Below are positions 41,801 through 56,501 of a stretch of 64,000 nt of DNA, in pieces. The notes below the pieces were generated by a model that saw nothing but the letters and a program-made list of their open reading frames with translations, made no database searches and had not been told where the DNA came from. Made by a program: the position numbers and the translations under genes. The stretch is taken from positions 218,612,001 to 218,676,000 of the forward strand of contig OZ024742.1 of NCBI GenBank assembly GCA_964016885.1, given 5' to 3'. Source of the stretch: Eledone cirrhosa. Lineage: Eukaryota. The first letter of the stretch is position 1. Each line of letters begins with the position of its first letter.

Positions 41801-44800
41801 TACAGTATATTAAAGTATATTACAGTACAGTATATTATATTACAGTATATTACAGTATATTACAGTATATTACAGTACAGTATATTAAAATACAGTATAT
41901 TACAGTACAGTATATTACAGTATATTACAGTACAGTATATTACAGTATATTACAGTACAGTATATTACAGTACAGTATATTACAGCACAGTATATTACAG
42001 TACAGTATATTATATTACACTATATTACAGTACAGTATATTACAGTACATTATATTACAGTACAGTATATTACAGTACAGTATATTACAGTACAGTATAT
42101 TACAGTACAGTATATTACAGTACAGTATATTACACTATATTATATTACAGTATATTAGAGTACAGTATATTACAGTATATTACAGTACAGTATATTACAG
42201 TATATTACAGTACAGTATATTACATTATATTACAGTACGGTATATTACAGTACAGTATATTACAGTATATTACAGTACAGTATATTACAGTATATTACAG
42301 TACAGTATATTACAGTACAGTATATTACAGCACAGTATATTACAGTACAGTATATTATATTACACTATATTACAGTACAGTATATTACAGTACATTATAT
42401 TACAGTACAGTATATTACAGTACAGTATATTACAGTACAGTATATTACAGTACAGTATATTACAGTACAGTATATTACACTATATTATATTACAGTATAT
42501 TAGAGTACAGTATATTACAGTATATTACAGTACAGTATATTACAGTATATTACAGTATATTACAGTACAGTATATTACATTATATTACAGTACGGTATAT
42601 TACAGTACAGTATATTACAGTATATTACAGTACAGTATATTACAGTATATTATATTACAGTATATTACAGTACAGTATATTACTGTAGAGTATATTACAG
42701 TATATTATATTACAGTATATTACAGTACAGTATATTACAGTACAGTATATTTCAGTACAGTATATTACAGTATATTATATTACAGTATAATACAGTACAG
42801 TATATTACAGTACAGTATATTTCAGTACAGTATATTACAGTATATTACAGTACAGTATATTACAGTACAGTATATTACAGTATAGTATATTACATTATAT
42901 TACAGTACAGTATATTACAGTACAGTATATTACAGTATAGTATATTACATTATATTACAGTAGAGTATATTACAGTATAGTATATTACATTATATTACAG
43001 TACAGTATATTATATTACAGTACAGTATATTACAGTATATTACAGTACAGTATATTAAAATATATTACAGTACAGTAAATTACAGTACAGTATATTACAG
43101 TACAGTATATTACAGTATAGTTTATAACATTATATTACAGTACAGTATATTACAGTATAGTATATTACAGTATAGTATATTACATTATATTACAGTACAG
43201 TATATTACATTATATTACAGTACAGTATATTACAGTATATTACAGTACAGTATATTACAGTATATTACAGTACAGTATATTACATTATATTACAGTACGG
43301 TATATTACAGTACAGTATATTACAGTATATTACAGTACAGTATATTACAGTATATTATATTACAGTATATTACAGTACAGTATATTACAGTAGAGTATAT
43401 TACAGTATATTATATTACAGTATATTAGAGTACAGTATATTACAGTACAGTATATTTCAGTACAGTATATTACAGTATATTATATTACAGTATATTACAG
43501 TACAGTATATTACAGTACAGTATATTTCAGTACAGTATATTACAGTATATTACAGTACAGTATATTACAGTACAGTATATTACAGTATAGTATATTACAT
43601 TATATTACAGTACAGTATATTACAGTACAGTATATTACAGTATAGTATATTACATTATATTACAGTAGAGTATATTACAGTATAGTATATTACATTATAT
43701 TACAATACAGTATATTATATTACAGTACAGTATATTACAGTATATTACAGTACAGTATATTACAATATATTACAGTACAGTATATTACAGTACAGTATAT
43801 TACAGTACAGTATATTACAGTACAGTATATTACAGTATAGTTTATTACATTATATTACAGTACAGTATATTACAGTATAGTATATTACAGTATAGTATAT
43901 TACATTATATTACAGTACAGTATATTACATTATATTACAGTACAGTATATTACAGTATATTAGAGTACAGTATATTACAATATATTACAGTACAGTATAT
44001 TATAGTACAGTATATTACAGTATATTACAGTATATTACAGCACAGTATATTACAGTATATTACAGTATAGTATATTACATTATATTACAGTACAGTATAT
44101 TACAGTATATTACAATACAGTATATTACATTATATTACAGTACAGTATATTACAGTATATTACACTACAATATATTACAGTACAGTATATTACATTATAT
44201 TACAGTACAGTATATTACAGTATGTTACAGTACAGTATATTACAGTATATTACAGTACAGTATATTACAGTATATTATATTATAGTATATTACAGTACAG
44301 TATATTACAGTACAGTATATTTCAGTACAGTATATTACTGTATATTATATTAAAGTATATTACAGTACAGTATAGTACAGTACAGTATATTTTAGTACAG
44401 TATATTACAGTACAGTATATTTCAGTACAGTATATTACATTATATTACAGTACAGTATATTACAGTATATTACATTATATTACAGTACAGTATATTATAG
44501 TATATTACAGTATATTACAGTACAGTATATTTCAGTACAGTATATTACAGTATATTACAGTATATTTCAGTACAGTATATTACAGTACAGTATATTACAT
44601 TATATTACAGTATATTTCAGTACAGTATATTACAGTACAGTATATTACAGTATATTACAGTACAGTATATTTCAGTACAGTATATTACAGTACAGTATAT
44701 TTCAGTACAGTATATTACATTATATTACAGTACAGTATATTACATTATATTACAGTACAGTATATTACAGTATATTACAGTACAGTATATTACAGTATAT

Positions 44801-47800
44801 TACAGTACAGTATATTACATTATATTACAGTACGGTATATTACAGTACAGTATATTACAGTATATTACAGTACAGTATATTACAGTATATTATATTACAG
44901 TATATTACAGTACAGTATATTACAGTAGAGTATATTACAGTATATTATATTACAGTATATTAGAGTACAGTATATTACAGTACAGTATATTTCAGTACAG
45001 TATATTACAGTATATTATATTACAGTATATTACAGTACAGTATATTACAGTACAGTATATTTCAGTACAGTATATTACAGTATATTACAGTACAGTATAT
45101 TACAGTACAGTATATTACAGTATAGTATATTACATTATATTACAGTACAGTATATTACAGTACAGTATATTACAGTATAGTATATTACATTATATTACAG
45201 TAGAGTATATTACAGTATAGTATATTACGTTATATTACAATACAGTATATTATATTACAGTACAGTATATTACAGTATATTACAGTACAGTATATTACAA
45301 TATATTACAGTACAGTATATTACAGTACAGTATATTACAGTACAGTATATTACAGTACAGTATATTACAGTATAGTTTATTACATTATATTACAGTACAG
45401 TATATTACAGTATAGTATATTACAGTATAGTATATTACATTATATTACAGTACAGTATATTACATTATATTACAGTACAGTATATTACAGTATATTAGAG
45501 TACAGTATATTACAATATATTACAGTACAGTATATTATAGTACAGTATATTACAGTATATTACAGTATATTACAGCACAGTATATTACAGTATATTACAG
45601 TATAGTATATTACATTATATTACAGTACAGTATATTACAGTATATTACAATACAGTATATTACATTATATTACAGTACAGTATATTACAGTATATTACAC
45701 TACAATATATTACAGTACAGTATATTACATTATATTACAGTACAGTATATTACAGTACAGTATATTACAGTATAGTATATTACATTATATTACAGTAGAG
45801 TATATTACAGTATAGTATATTACATTATATTACAATACAGTATATTATATTACAGTACAGTATATTACAGTATATTACAGTACAGTATATTACAGTATAT
45901 TACAGTACAGTATATTACAGTACAGTATATTACAGTATAGTATATTACATTATATTACAGTACAGTATATTACAGTACAGTATATTACAGTATAGTATAT
46001 TACATTATATTACAGTAGAGTATATTACAGTATAGTATATTACATTATATTACAATACAGTATATTATATTACAGTACAGTATATTACAGTATATTACAG
46101 TACAGTATATTACAATATATTACAGTACAGTATATTACAGTACAGTATATTACAGTACAGTATATTACAGTACAGTATATTACAGTATAGTTTATTACAT
46201 TATATTACAGTACAGTATATTACAGTATAGTATATTACAGTATAGTATATTACATTATATTACAGTACAGTATATTACATTATATTACAGTACAGTATAT
46301 TACAGTATATTAGAGTACAGTATATTACAATATATTACAGTACAGTATATTATAGTACAGTATATTACAGTATATTACAGTATATTACAGCACAGTATAT
46401 TACAGTATATTACAGTATAGTATATTACATTATATTACAGTACAGTATATTACAGTATATTACAATACAGTATATTACATTATATTACAGTACAGTATAT
46501 TACAGTATATTACACTACAATATATTACAGTACAGTATATTACATTATATTACAGTACAGTATATTACAGTATGTTACAGTACAGTATATTACAGTATAT
46601 TACAGTACAGTATATTACAGTATATTATATTATAGTATATTACAGTATAGTATATTACAGTACAGTATATTTCAGTACAGTATATTACTGTATATTATAT
46701 TAAAGTATATTACAGTACAGTATAGTACAGTACAGTATATTTTAGTACAGTATATTACAGTACAGTATATTTCAGTACAGTATATTACATTATATTACAG
46801 TACAGTATATTACAGTATATTACATTATATTACAGTACAGTATATTATAGTATATTACAGTATATTACAGTACAGTATATTTCAGTACAGTATATTACAG
46901 TATATTACAGTATATTTCAGTACAGTATATTACAGTACAGTATATTACATTATATTACAGTATATTTCAGTACAGTATATTACAGTACAGTATATTACAG
47001 TATATTACAGTACAGTATATTTCAGTACAGTATATTACAGTACAGTATATTTCAGTACAGTATATTACATTATATTACAGTACAGTATATTACAGTATAT
47101 TACATTATATTACAGTACAGTATATTATAGTATATTACAGTATATTACAGTACAGTATATTACAGTATATTATGTTACAGCACAGTATATTACAGTATAT
47201 TACAGTACAGTATATTACAGTATATTACAGTACAGTATATTACAGTACAGTATATTACAGTATATTACAGTACAGTATATTACAGTATATTACAGTACAT
47301 TATATTACAGTACAGTATATTACAGTACAGTATATTACAGTACAGTATATTACAGTATATTTCAGTACAGTATATTATAGTACAGTATATTACAGTATAT
47401 TACAGTACAGTAAATTACAGTATATTACAGTACATTATATTACAGTACAGTATATTACAGTATATTACAGTACAGTATATTACAGTACAGTATATTACAG
47501 TACAGTATATTACAGTATATTATATTACAGCATATTACAGTACAGTATATTACAGTATATTACAGTACAGTATATTACAGTACAGTATATTACAGTACAG
47601 TATATTACAGTACAGTATATTACAGTACAGTATATTTCAGCACTGTATATTACAGTATATTATATTACAGTATATTACAGTACAGTATATTACAGTATAT
47701 TACAGTACAGTATATTACCGTACAGTATATTACAGTACAGTATATTACAGTATATTACAGTACAGTATATTACAGTATATTATATTACAGTATATTACAG

Positions 47801-48484
47801 TACAGTATATTAAAGTACAGTATATTACAGTACAGTATATTACAGTACAGTATATTACAGTACAGTACAGTACAGTATATTACAGTATATTACAGTACAG
47901 TACAGAATATTACAGTACAGTATATTACAGTACAGTATATTACAGTACAGTATATTATATTACAGTATATTATATTACAGTATATTACAGTACAGTATAT
48001 TACAGTACATTATATTACATTATATTACAGTATATTATATTACAGTAGATTTCAGTACAGTATATTACAGTATATTACATTACAGTATATTTCAGTACAG
48101 TATATTACAGTACAGTATATTACATTATATTACAGTATATTACAGTAGAGTATATTACATTATATTACAGTACAGTATATTACATTATATTACAGTATAT
48201 TACAGTAGAGTATATTACATTATATTTCAGTACAGTATATTACATTATATTACAGTATATTACAGTACAGTATATTACATTATATTACAGTATATTACAG
48301 TACATTATATTACATTATATTACAGTACAGTATATTACGATATAGTATATTACAGTACAGTATATTACAGTATATTACAGTAGAGTATATTACAGTAGAG
48401 TATATTACAGTACAGTATATTACAGTATATTTCAGTAGAGTATAGTACAGTATATTACAGTACAGTATATTATATTACAGTATA

Positions 48485-48675
48485 GGGCGGGGGATTGGCA
48501 GTATCAGTAGAAGGTCGGACGCCATGCTTTGCAGCATAGAGTTACGCCCCTTTATTGTGTGAGTTCAAACCCCGCCGAGGTTCACTTTGCTATTCATCCT
48601 TATGGGGTCGATAAAATAAAGTACCAGTAATGTACTGGGGTAATTGCTGGCCTTCTGCCAATAGTAGAAACAATT
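48485..48675 (+). mobile_element. SINE copy 1 inside satellite
   Basis: 191 bp; A-box TGGCAGTATCAG, B-box GAGTTCAAACCC. Confidence 0.93.
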
Positions 48676-50052
48676 ATATTACATTATATTACAGTATATT
48701 ACAGTACAGTATATTACAGTATATTATATTACAGCACAGTATATTACAGTATATTACAGTACAGTATATTACAGTACAGTATATTACAGTATATTACATT
48801 ACAGTATATTACAGTACAGTATATTACAGTACATTATATTACAGTACAGTATATTACAGTATATTACAGTACAGTATATTACAGTACAGTATATTACAGT
48901 ATATTTCAGTACAGTATATTATAGTACAGTATATTACAGTATATTACAGTACAGTAAATTACAGTATATTACAGTACATTATATTACAGTACAGTATATT
49001 ACAGTATATTACAGTACAGTATATTACAGTATATTACAGTACAGTATATTACCGTACAGTATATTTCAGTACAGTATATTACAGTATATTATATTACAGT
49101 ATATTACAGTACAGTATATTACAGTATATTACAGTATATTACAGTACAGTATATTACAGTACAGTATATTACAGTACGGTATATTACAGTACAGTATATT
49201 TCAGTACAGTATATTACAGTATATTATATTACAGTATATTACAGTACAGTATATTACAGTATATTACAGTACAGTATATTACTGTACATTATATTACAGT
49301 ACAGTATATTACAGAATATTACAGTACAGTATATTACAGTACAGTATATTACAGTATATTATATTACAGTATATTACAGTACAGTATATTACAGTATATT
49401 ACAGTACAGTATATTACAGTACAGTATATTACAGTACAGTATATTACAGTACAGTACATTACAGTACAGTATATTATAGTATATTACAGTATAGTACAGT
49501 ATATTACAGTACAGTATATTACAGTACAGTATATTACAGTACAGTATATTATATTACAGTATATTATATTACAGTATATTACAGTATATTATATTACATT
49601 ATATTACAGTATATTATATTACAGTAGATTTCAGTACAGTATATTACAGTATATTACATTACAGTATATTTCAGTACAGTATATTTCAGTACAGTATATT
49701 ACAGTACAGTATATTACAGTAGAGTATATTACATTATATTACAGTACAGTATATTACATTATATTACAGTATATTACAGTAGAGTATATTACATTATATT
49801 TCAGTACAGTATATTACATTATATTACAGTATATTACAGTACAGTATATTACATTATATTACAGTATATTACAGTACATTATATTACATTATATTACAGT
49901 ACAGTATATTACGATATAGTATATTACAGTACAGTATATTACAGTATATTACAGTAGAGTAAATTACAGTACAGTATATTACAGTACAGTATATTACAAA
50001 AATTTCAGTAGAGTATAGTACAGTATATTACAGTATATTATATTACAGTATA

Positions 50053-50243
50053 GGGCGGGGGATTGGCAGTATCAGTAGAAGGTCGGACGCCATGCTTTGC
50101 AGCATAGAGATACGCCCCTTTATTGTGTGAGTTCAAACCCCGCCGAGGTTCACTTTGCTATTCATCCTTATGGGGTCGATAAAATAAAGTACCAGTAATG
50201 TACTGGGGTAATTGCTGGCCTTCTGCCAATAGTAGAAAGAATT
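50053..50243 (+). mobile_element. SINE copy 2 inside satellite
   Basis: 191 bp, 2 substitutions versus copy 1, same junctions. Confidence 0.93.
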
Positions 50244-50708
50244 ATATTACATTATATTACAGTATATTACAGTACAGTATATTACAGAGTATATTATATT
50301 ACAGCACAGTATATTACTGTATATTACAGTACAGTATATTACAGTATATTACAGTACAGTATATTACAGTACAGTATATTACAGTACAGTATATTACAGT
50401 ATATTACAGTACATTATATTACAGTACAGTATATTACAGTATATTACAGTACAGTATATTACAGTACAGTATATTACAGTATATTTCAGTACAGTATATT
50501 ATAGTACAGTATATTACAGTATATTACAGTACAGTAAATTACAGTATATTACAGTACATTATATTACAGTACAGTATATTACAGTATATTACAGTACAGT
50601 ATATTACAGTATATTACAGTACAGTATATTACAGTACAGTATATTACAGTATATTTCAGTAGAGTATAGTACAGTATATTACAGTACAGTATATTATATT
50701 ACAGTATA

Positions 50709-50899
50709 GGGCGGGGGATTGGCAGTATCAGTAGAAGGTCGGACGCCATGCTTTGCAGCATAGAGTTACGCCCCTTTATTGTGTGAGTTCAAACCCCGCC
50801 GAGGTTCACTTTGCTATTCATCCTTATGGGGTCGATAAAATAAAGTACCAGTAATGTACTGGGGTAATTGCTGGCCTTCTGCCAATAGTAGAAACAATT
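50709..50899 (+). mobile_element. SINE copy 3 inside satellite
   Basis: 191 bp, apparently identical to copy 1. Confidence 0.93.
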
Positions 50900-52599
50900 A
50901 TATTACATTATATTACAGTATATTACAGTACAGTATATTACAGAGTATATTATATTACAGCACAGTATATTACTGTATATTACAGTACAGTATATTACAG
51001 TATATTACAGTACAGTATATTACAGTATATTACAGTACAGTATATTACAGTACAGTATATTACAGTATATTACAGTACATTATATTACAGTACAGTATAT
51101 TACAGTATATTACAGTACAGTATATTACAGTACAGTATATTACAGTATATTTCAGTACAGTATATTATAGTACAGTATATTACAGTATATTACAGTACAT
51201 TATATTACAGTACAGTATATTACAGTATATTACAGTACAGTATATTACAGTATATTACAGTACAGTATATTACAGTACAGTATATTACAGTATATTTCAG
51301 TACAGTATATTATAGTACAGTATATTACAGTATATTACAGTACAGTAAATTACAGTATATTACAGTACATTATATTACAGTACAGTATATTACAGTACAG
51401 TATATTACAGTATATTACAGTACAGTATATTACAGTACAGTATATTTCAGTACAGTATATTACAGTATATTATATTACAGTATATTACAGTACAGTATAT
51501 TACAGTATATTACAGTACAGTATATTACAGTACAGTATATTACAGTACGGTATATTACAGTACAGTATATTACAGTACAGTATATTTCAGTACAGTATAT
51601 TACAGTATATTATATTACAGTATATTACAGTACAGTATATTACAGTATATTACAGTACAGTATATTACCGTACAGTATATTACAGTACAGTATATTACAG
51701 TATATTACAGTACAGTATATTACAGTATATTATATTACAGTATATTACAGTACAGTATATTACAGTACAGTATATTAAAGTACAGTATATTACAGTACAG
51801 TATATTACAGTATATTACAGTATGTTGCAGTATATTACAGTACAGTATATTACAGTATATTACAGTACAGTATATTACAGTATATTACAGTACAGTATAT
51901 TACAATACAGTATATTACAGTACAGTATATTACAGTACAGTACATTACAGTACAGTATATTACAGTATATTACAGTACAGTACAGTATATTACAGTACAG
52001 TATATTACAGTACAGTATATTACAGTACAGTATATTATATTACAGTATATTATATTACAGTATATTACAGTACAGTATATTACAGTACATTATATTACAT
52101 TATATTACAGTATATTATATTACAGTAGATTTCAGTACAGTATATTACAGTATATTACATTACAGTATATTTCAGTACAGTATATTACAGTATATTACAG
52201 TATATTACAGTATATTGCAGTATATTACAGTACAGTATATTACAGTATATTACAGTACAGTATATTACATTATATTACAGTACAGTATATTACATTATAT
52301 TACAGTATATTACAGTAGAGTATATTACATTATATTACAGTACAGTATATTACATTATATTACAGTATATTACAGTAGAGTATATTACATTATATTTCAG
52401 TACAGTATATTACATTATATTACAGTATATTACAGTACAGTATATTACATTATATTACAGTATATTACAGTACATTATATTACATTATATTGCAGTACAG
52501 TATATTACAATATAGTATATTACAGTACAGTATATTACAGTATATTACAGTAGAGTATAGTACAGTATATTACAGTACAGTATATTATATTACAGTATA

Positions 52600-52790
52600 G
52601 GGCGGGGGATTGGCAGTATCAGTAGAAGGTCGGACGCCATGCTTTGCAGCATAGAGTTACGCCCCTTTATTGTGTGAATTCAAACCCCGCCGAGGTTCAC
52701 TTTGCTATTCATCCTTATGGGGTCGATTAAATAAAGTACCAGTAATGTACTGGGATAATTGCTGGCCTTCTGCCAATAGTAGAAACAATT
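52600..52790 (+). mobile_element. SINE copy 4 inside satellite
   Basis: 191 bp, 3 substitutions versus copy 1. Confidence 0.93.
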
Positions 52791-53210
52791 ATATTACATT
52801 ATATTACAGTACATTACAGTACAGTATATTACAGTATATTATATTACAGCACAGTATATTACAGTATATTATAGTACAGTATATTACAGTATATTACAGT
52901 ACAGTATATTACAGTATATTACAGTACAGTATATTACAGTACAGTATATTACAGTATATTACAGTACATTATATTACAGTACAGTATATTACAGTATATT
53001 ACAGTACAGTATATTACAGTACAGTATATTACAGTATATTTCAGTACAGTATATTATAGTACAGTATATTACAGTATATTACAGTACAGTAAATTACAGT
53101 ATATTACAGTACATTATATTACACTACAGTATATTACAGTATATTACAGTACAGTATATTACAGTATATTACAGTACAGTATATTACAGTACAGTATATT
53201 TCAGTACAGT

Positions 53211-54190
53211 TGGCACACTGAGTGTGCCCAGGCGCTCACCGCCCTCTGGCAGGCGGATCCGGTTATCAGTGGAGACTCCACCGCAACATTCTATAGAGGG
53301 CTGGTACGCAGCAGGTGCGACGACGCCCTCGGAGAAGCCCTAGACATGGAGGAGGACGAACTGGCCAGCCTGTTCGGTAGGACATTCAGCCCGGGACCTA
53401 TGGACAACTTCCAGAAGTCCCTGGCCTGGCAGTGCTACCGAGGGGCTTTACCCGTTCGAGAAAGGCTCTACAGACACGGGCGCCCGGGTAGGGACCCCGC
53501 CAAAAAGATCTGTCCCAGATGCGTGTGCGACGTGGAAACCGTTGCGCACGCATTGGTACACTGCTCGGGCGTAGCCGATCTGTGGGGCTATGTTGAACAA
53601 CTGCTGTCAAGAGTGGGACCGATCCGGTTGACCACCGAGTCTATTGTAATGATCAAGCCGCCTCCCCCCTTCAAAGATGAAGCAGAGGGGGTGTTTCTGT
53701 GCGTAATGGCCATGGCGAAAGAGGTTGTATGGTGGACGCGTCTGAAAGGACTGAGATCAGGCACCTTTCTCTCTGGTCAACAACTGGTCCGTTTCTTCGG
53801 ATATCATTTCGGAAGAAGGATCAGGATGGAGAGAGAGGTGCTGCACCCCAGCCGTTTCTATGAAAGATGGGTGAAAGTGGCGAGAATGGCCCGTGTGAAT
53901 GGGCCTTCACTCTACATCAGACTATAGGTGAGGAAGATGAAAGACCAAGGGAGCACCCCTTCTCTGTGCTCCTGAGGAGAAGGGTTGCACACTTTTTTCG
54001 GGGGTGTGTGCGACCCCCCCAAGGCGCCTCCTCTCTATTGAGGATTTTGTTAAAAATTTTTATTTTTGTTATATCTTATTTTATTTTTGTATTTTGTTAT
54101 TGCCTCCTCCTTATTGAGGACGCCTTTTTGTGTAAACTCCCCCCTTTGTACTTGTCCCACTTTTGATGCCCTAGTGGCAAATAAAAGAAA
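53211..54190 (+). mobile_element. 5'-truncated L1/Tx1-type LINE (ORF2 C-terminal CCHC zinc finger + 3' UTR) inserted in the satellite
   Basis: Frame open 53211-53927: LAWQCYRGALPVRERL..CPRC..ETVAHALVHC..LW; T-rich 3' UTR ending AATAAAAGAAA. Confidence 0.88.
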
Positions 54191-55136
54191 CATATATTAC
54201 AGTATATTACAGTACAGTATATTACAGTATATTACAGTACAGTATATTACAGTACAGTATATTACAATACAGTATATTACAGTACAGTATATTTCAGTAC
54301 AGTATATTACAGTATATTATATTACAGTATATTACAGTACAGTATATTACAGTATATTACAGTACAGTATATTACCGTACAGTATATTACAGTACAGTAT
54401 ATTACAGTATATTACAGTACAGTATATTACAGTATATTATATTACAGTATATTACAGTACAGTATATTACAGTATATTACAGTACAGGATATTAAAGTAC
54501 AGTATATTACAGTACAGTATATTACAGTGTATTACAGTATATTGCAGTATATTACAGTACAGTATATTACAGTATATTACAGTACAGTATATTACAGTAT
54601 ATTACAGTACAGTATATTACAGTACAGTATATTACAGTACATTACAGTACAGTATATTACAGTATATTACAGTACAGTACAGTATATTACAGTACAGTAT
54701 ATTATATTACAGTATATTACAGTACAGTATATTACAGTACATTATATTACATTATATTACAGTATATTATATTACAGTAGATTTCAGTACAGTATATTAC
54801 AGTATATTACATTACAGTATATTTCAGTACAGTATATTACATTATATTACAGTATATTACAGTAGAGTATATTACATTATATTACAGTACAGTATATTAC
54901 ATTATATTACAGTATATTACAGTAGAGTATATTACATTATATTTCAGTACAGTATATTACATTATATTACAGTATATTACAGTACAGTATATTACATTAT
55001 ATTACAGTATATTACAGTACATTATATTACAGTACAGTATATTACAATATAGTATATTACAGTACAGTATATTACAGTATATTACAGTAGAGTATAGTAC
55101 AGTATATTACAGTACAGTATATTATATTACAGTATA

Positions 55137-55327
55137 GGGCGGGGGATTGGCAGTATCAGTAGAAGGTCGGACGCCATGCTTTGCAGCATAGAGTTACGCC
55201 CCTTTATTGTGTGAGTTCAAACCCCGCCGAGGTTCACTTTGCTATTCATCCTTATGGGGTCGATAAAATAAAGTACCAGTAATGTACTGGGGTAATTGCT
55301 GGCCTTCTGCCAATAGTAGAAACAATT
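55137..55327 (+). mobile_element. SINE copy 5 inside satellite
   Basis: 191 bp, apparently identical to copy 1. Confidence 0.93.
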
Positions 55328-56310
55328 ATATTACATTATATTACAGTATATTACAGTACAGTATATTACAGTATATTATATTACATTATATTACAGTACA
55401 GTATATTACAGTACAGTATATTACAGTATATTACAGTACAGTATATTACAGTACAGTATATTACAGTACAGTATATTTCAGTACAGTATATTACAGTATA
55501 TTATATTACAGTATATTACAGTACAGTATATTACAGTATATTACAGTACAGTATATTACCGTACAGTATATTACAGTACAGTATATTACAGTATATTACA
55601 GTACAGTATATTACAGTATATTATATTACAGTATATTACAGTACAGTATATTACAGTATATTACAGTACAGTATATTAAAGTACAGTATATTACAGTACA
55701 GTATATTACCGTATATTACAGTACAGTATATTACAGTACAGTACATTACAGTACAGTATATTACAGTATATTACAGTACAGTACAGTATATTACAGTACA
55801 GTATATTACAGTACAGTATATTATATTACAGTATATTATATTACAGTATATTACAGTACAGTATATTACAGTACATTATATTACATTATATTACAGTATA
55901 TTATATTACAGTAGATTTCAGTACAGTATATTACAGTATATTACATTACAGTATATTTCAGTACAGTATATTACAGTACAGTATATTACATTATATTACA
56001 GTACAGTATATTACATTATATTACAGTATATTACAGTAGAGTATATTACATTATATTACAGTACAGTATATTACAGTATATTACAGTATATTACAGTAGA
56101 GTATATTACATTATATTTCAGTACAGTATATTACATTATATTACAGTATATTACAGTACAGTATATTACATTATATTACAGTATATTACAGTACATTATA
56201 TTACAGTACAGTATATTACAATATAGTATATTACAGTACAGTATATTACAGTATATTACAGTAGAGTATAGTACAGTATATTACAGTACAGTATATTATA
56301 TTACAGTATA

Positions 56311-56501
56311 GGGCGGGGGATTGGCAGTATCAGTAGAAGGTCGGACGCCATGCTTTGCAGCATAGAGTTACGCCCCTTTATTGTGTGAGTTCAAACCCCG
56401 CCGAGGTTCACTTTGCTATTCATCCTTATGGGGTCGATAAAATAAAGTACCAGTAATGTACTGGGGTAATTGCTGGCCTTCTGCCAATAGTAGAAACAAT
56501 T
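56311..56501 (+). mobile_element. SINE copy 6 inside satellite
   Basis: 191 bp, apparently identical to copy 1. Confidence 0.93.

Noticed and set aside
48485-56501. CRISPR-like appearance (conserved repeats with variable spacers)
   Set aside because: Repeats are 191-bp SINEs, spacers are 0.5-2.3 kb of satellite, context is eukaryotic and there are no cas genes.
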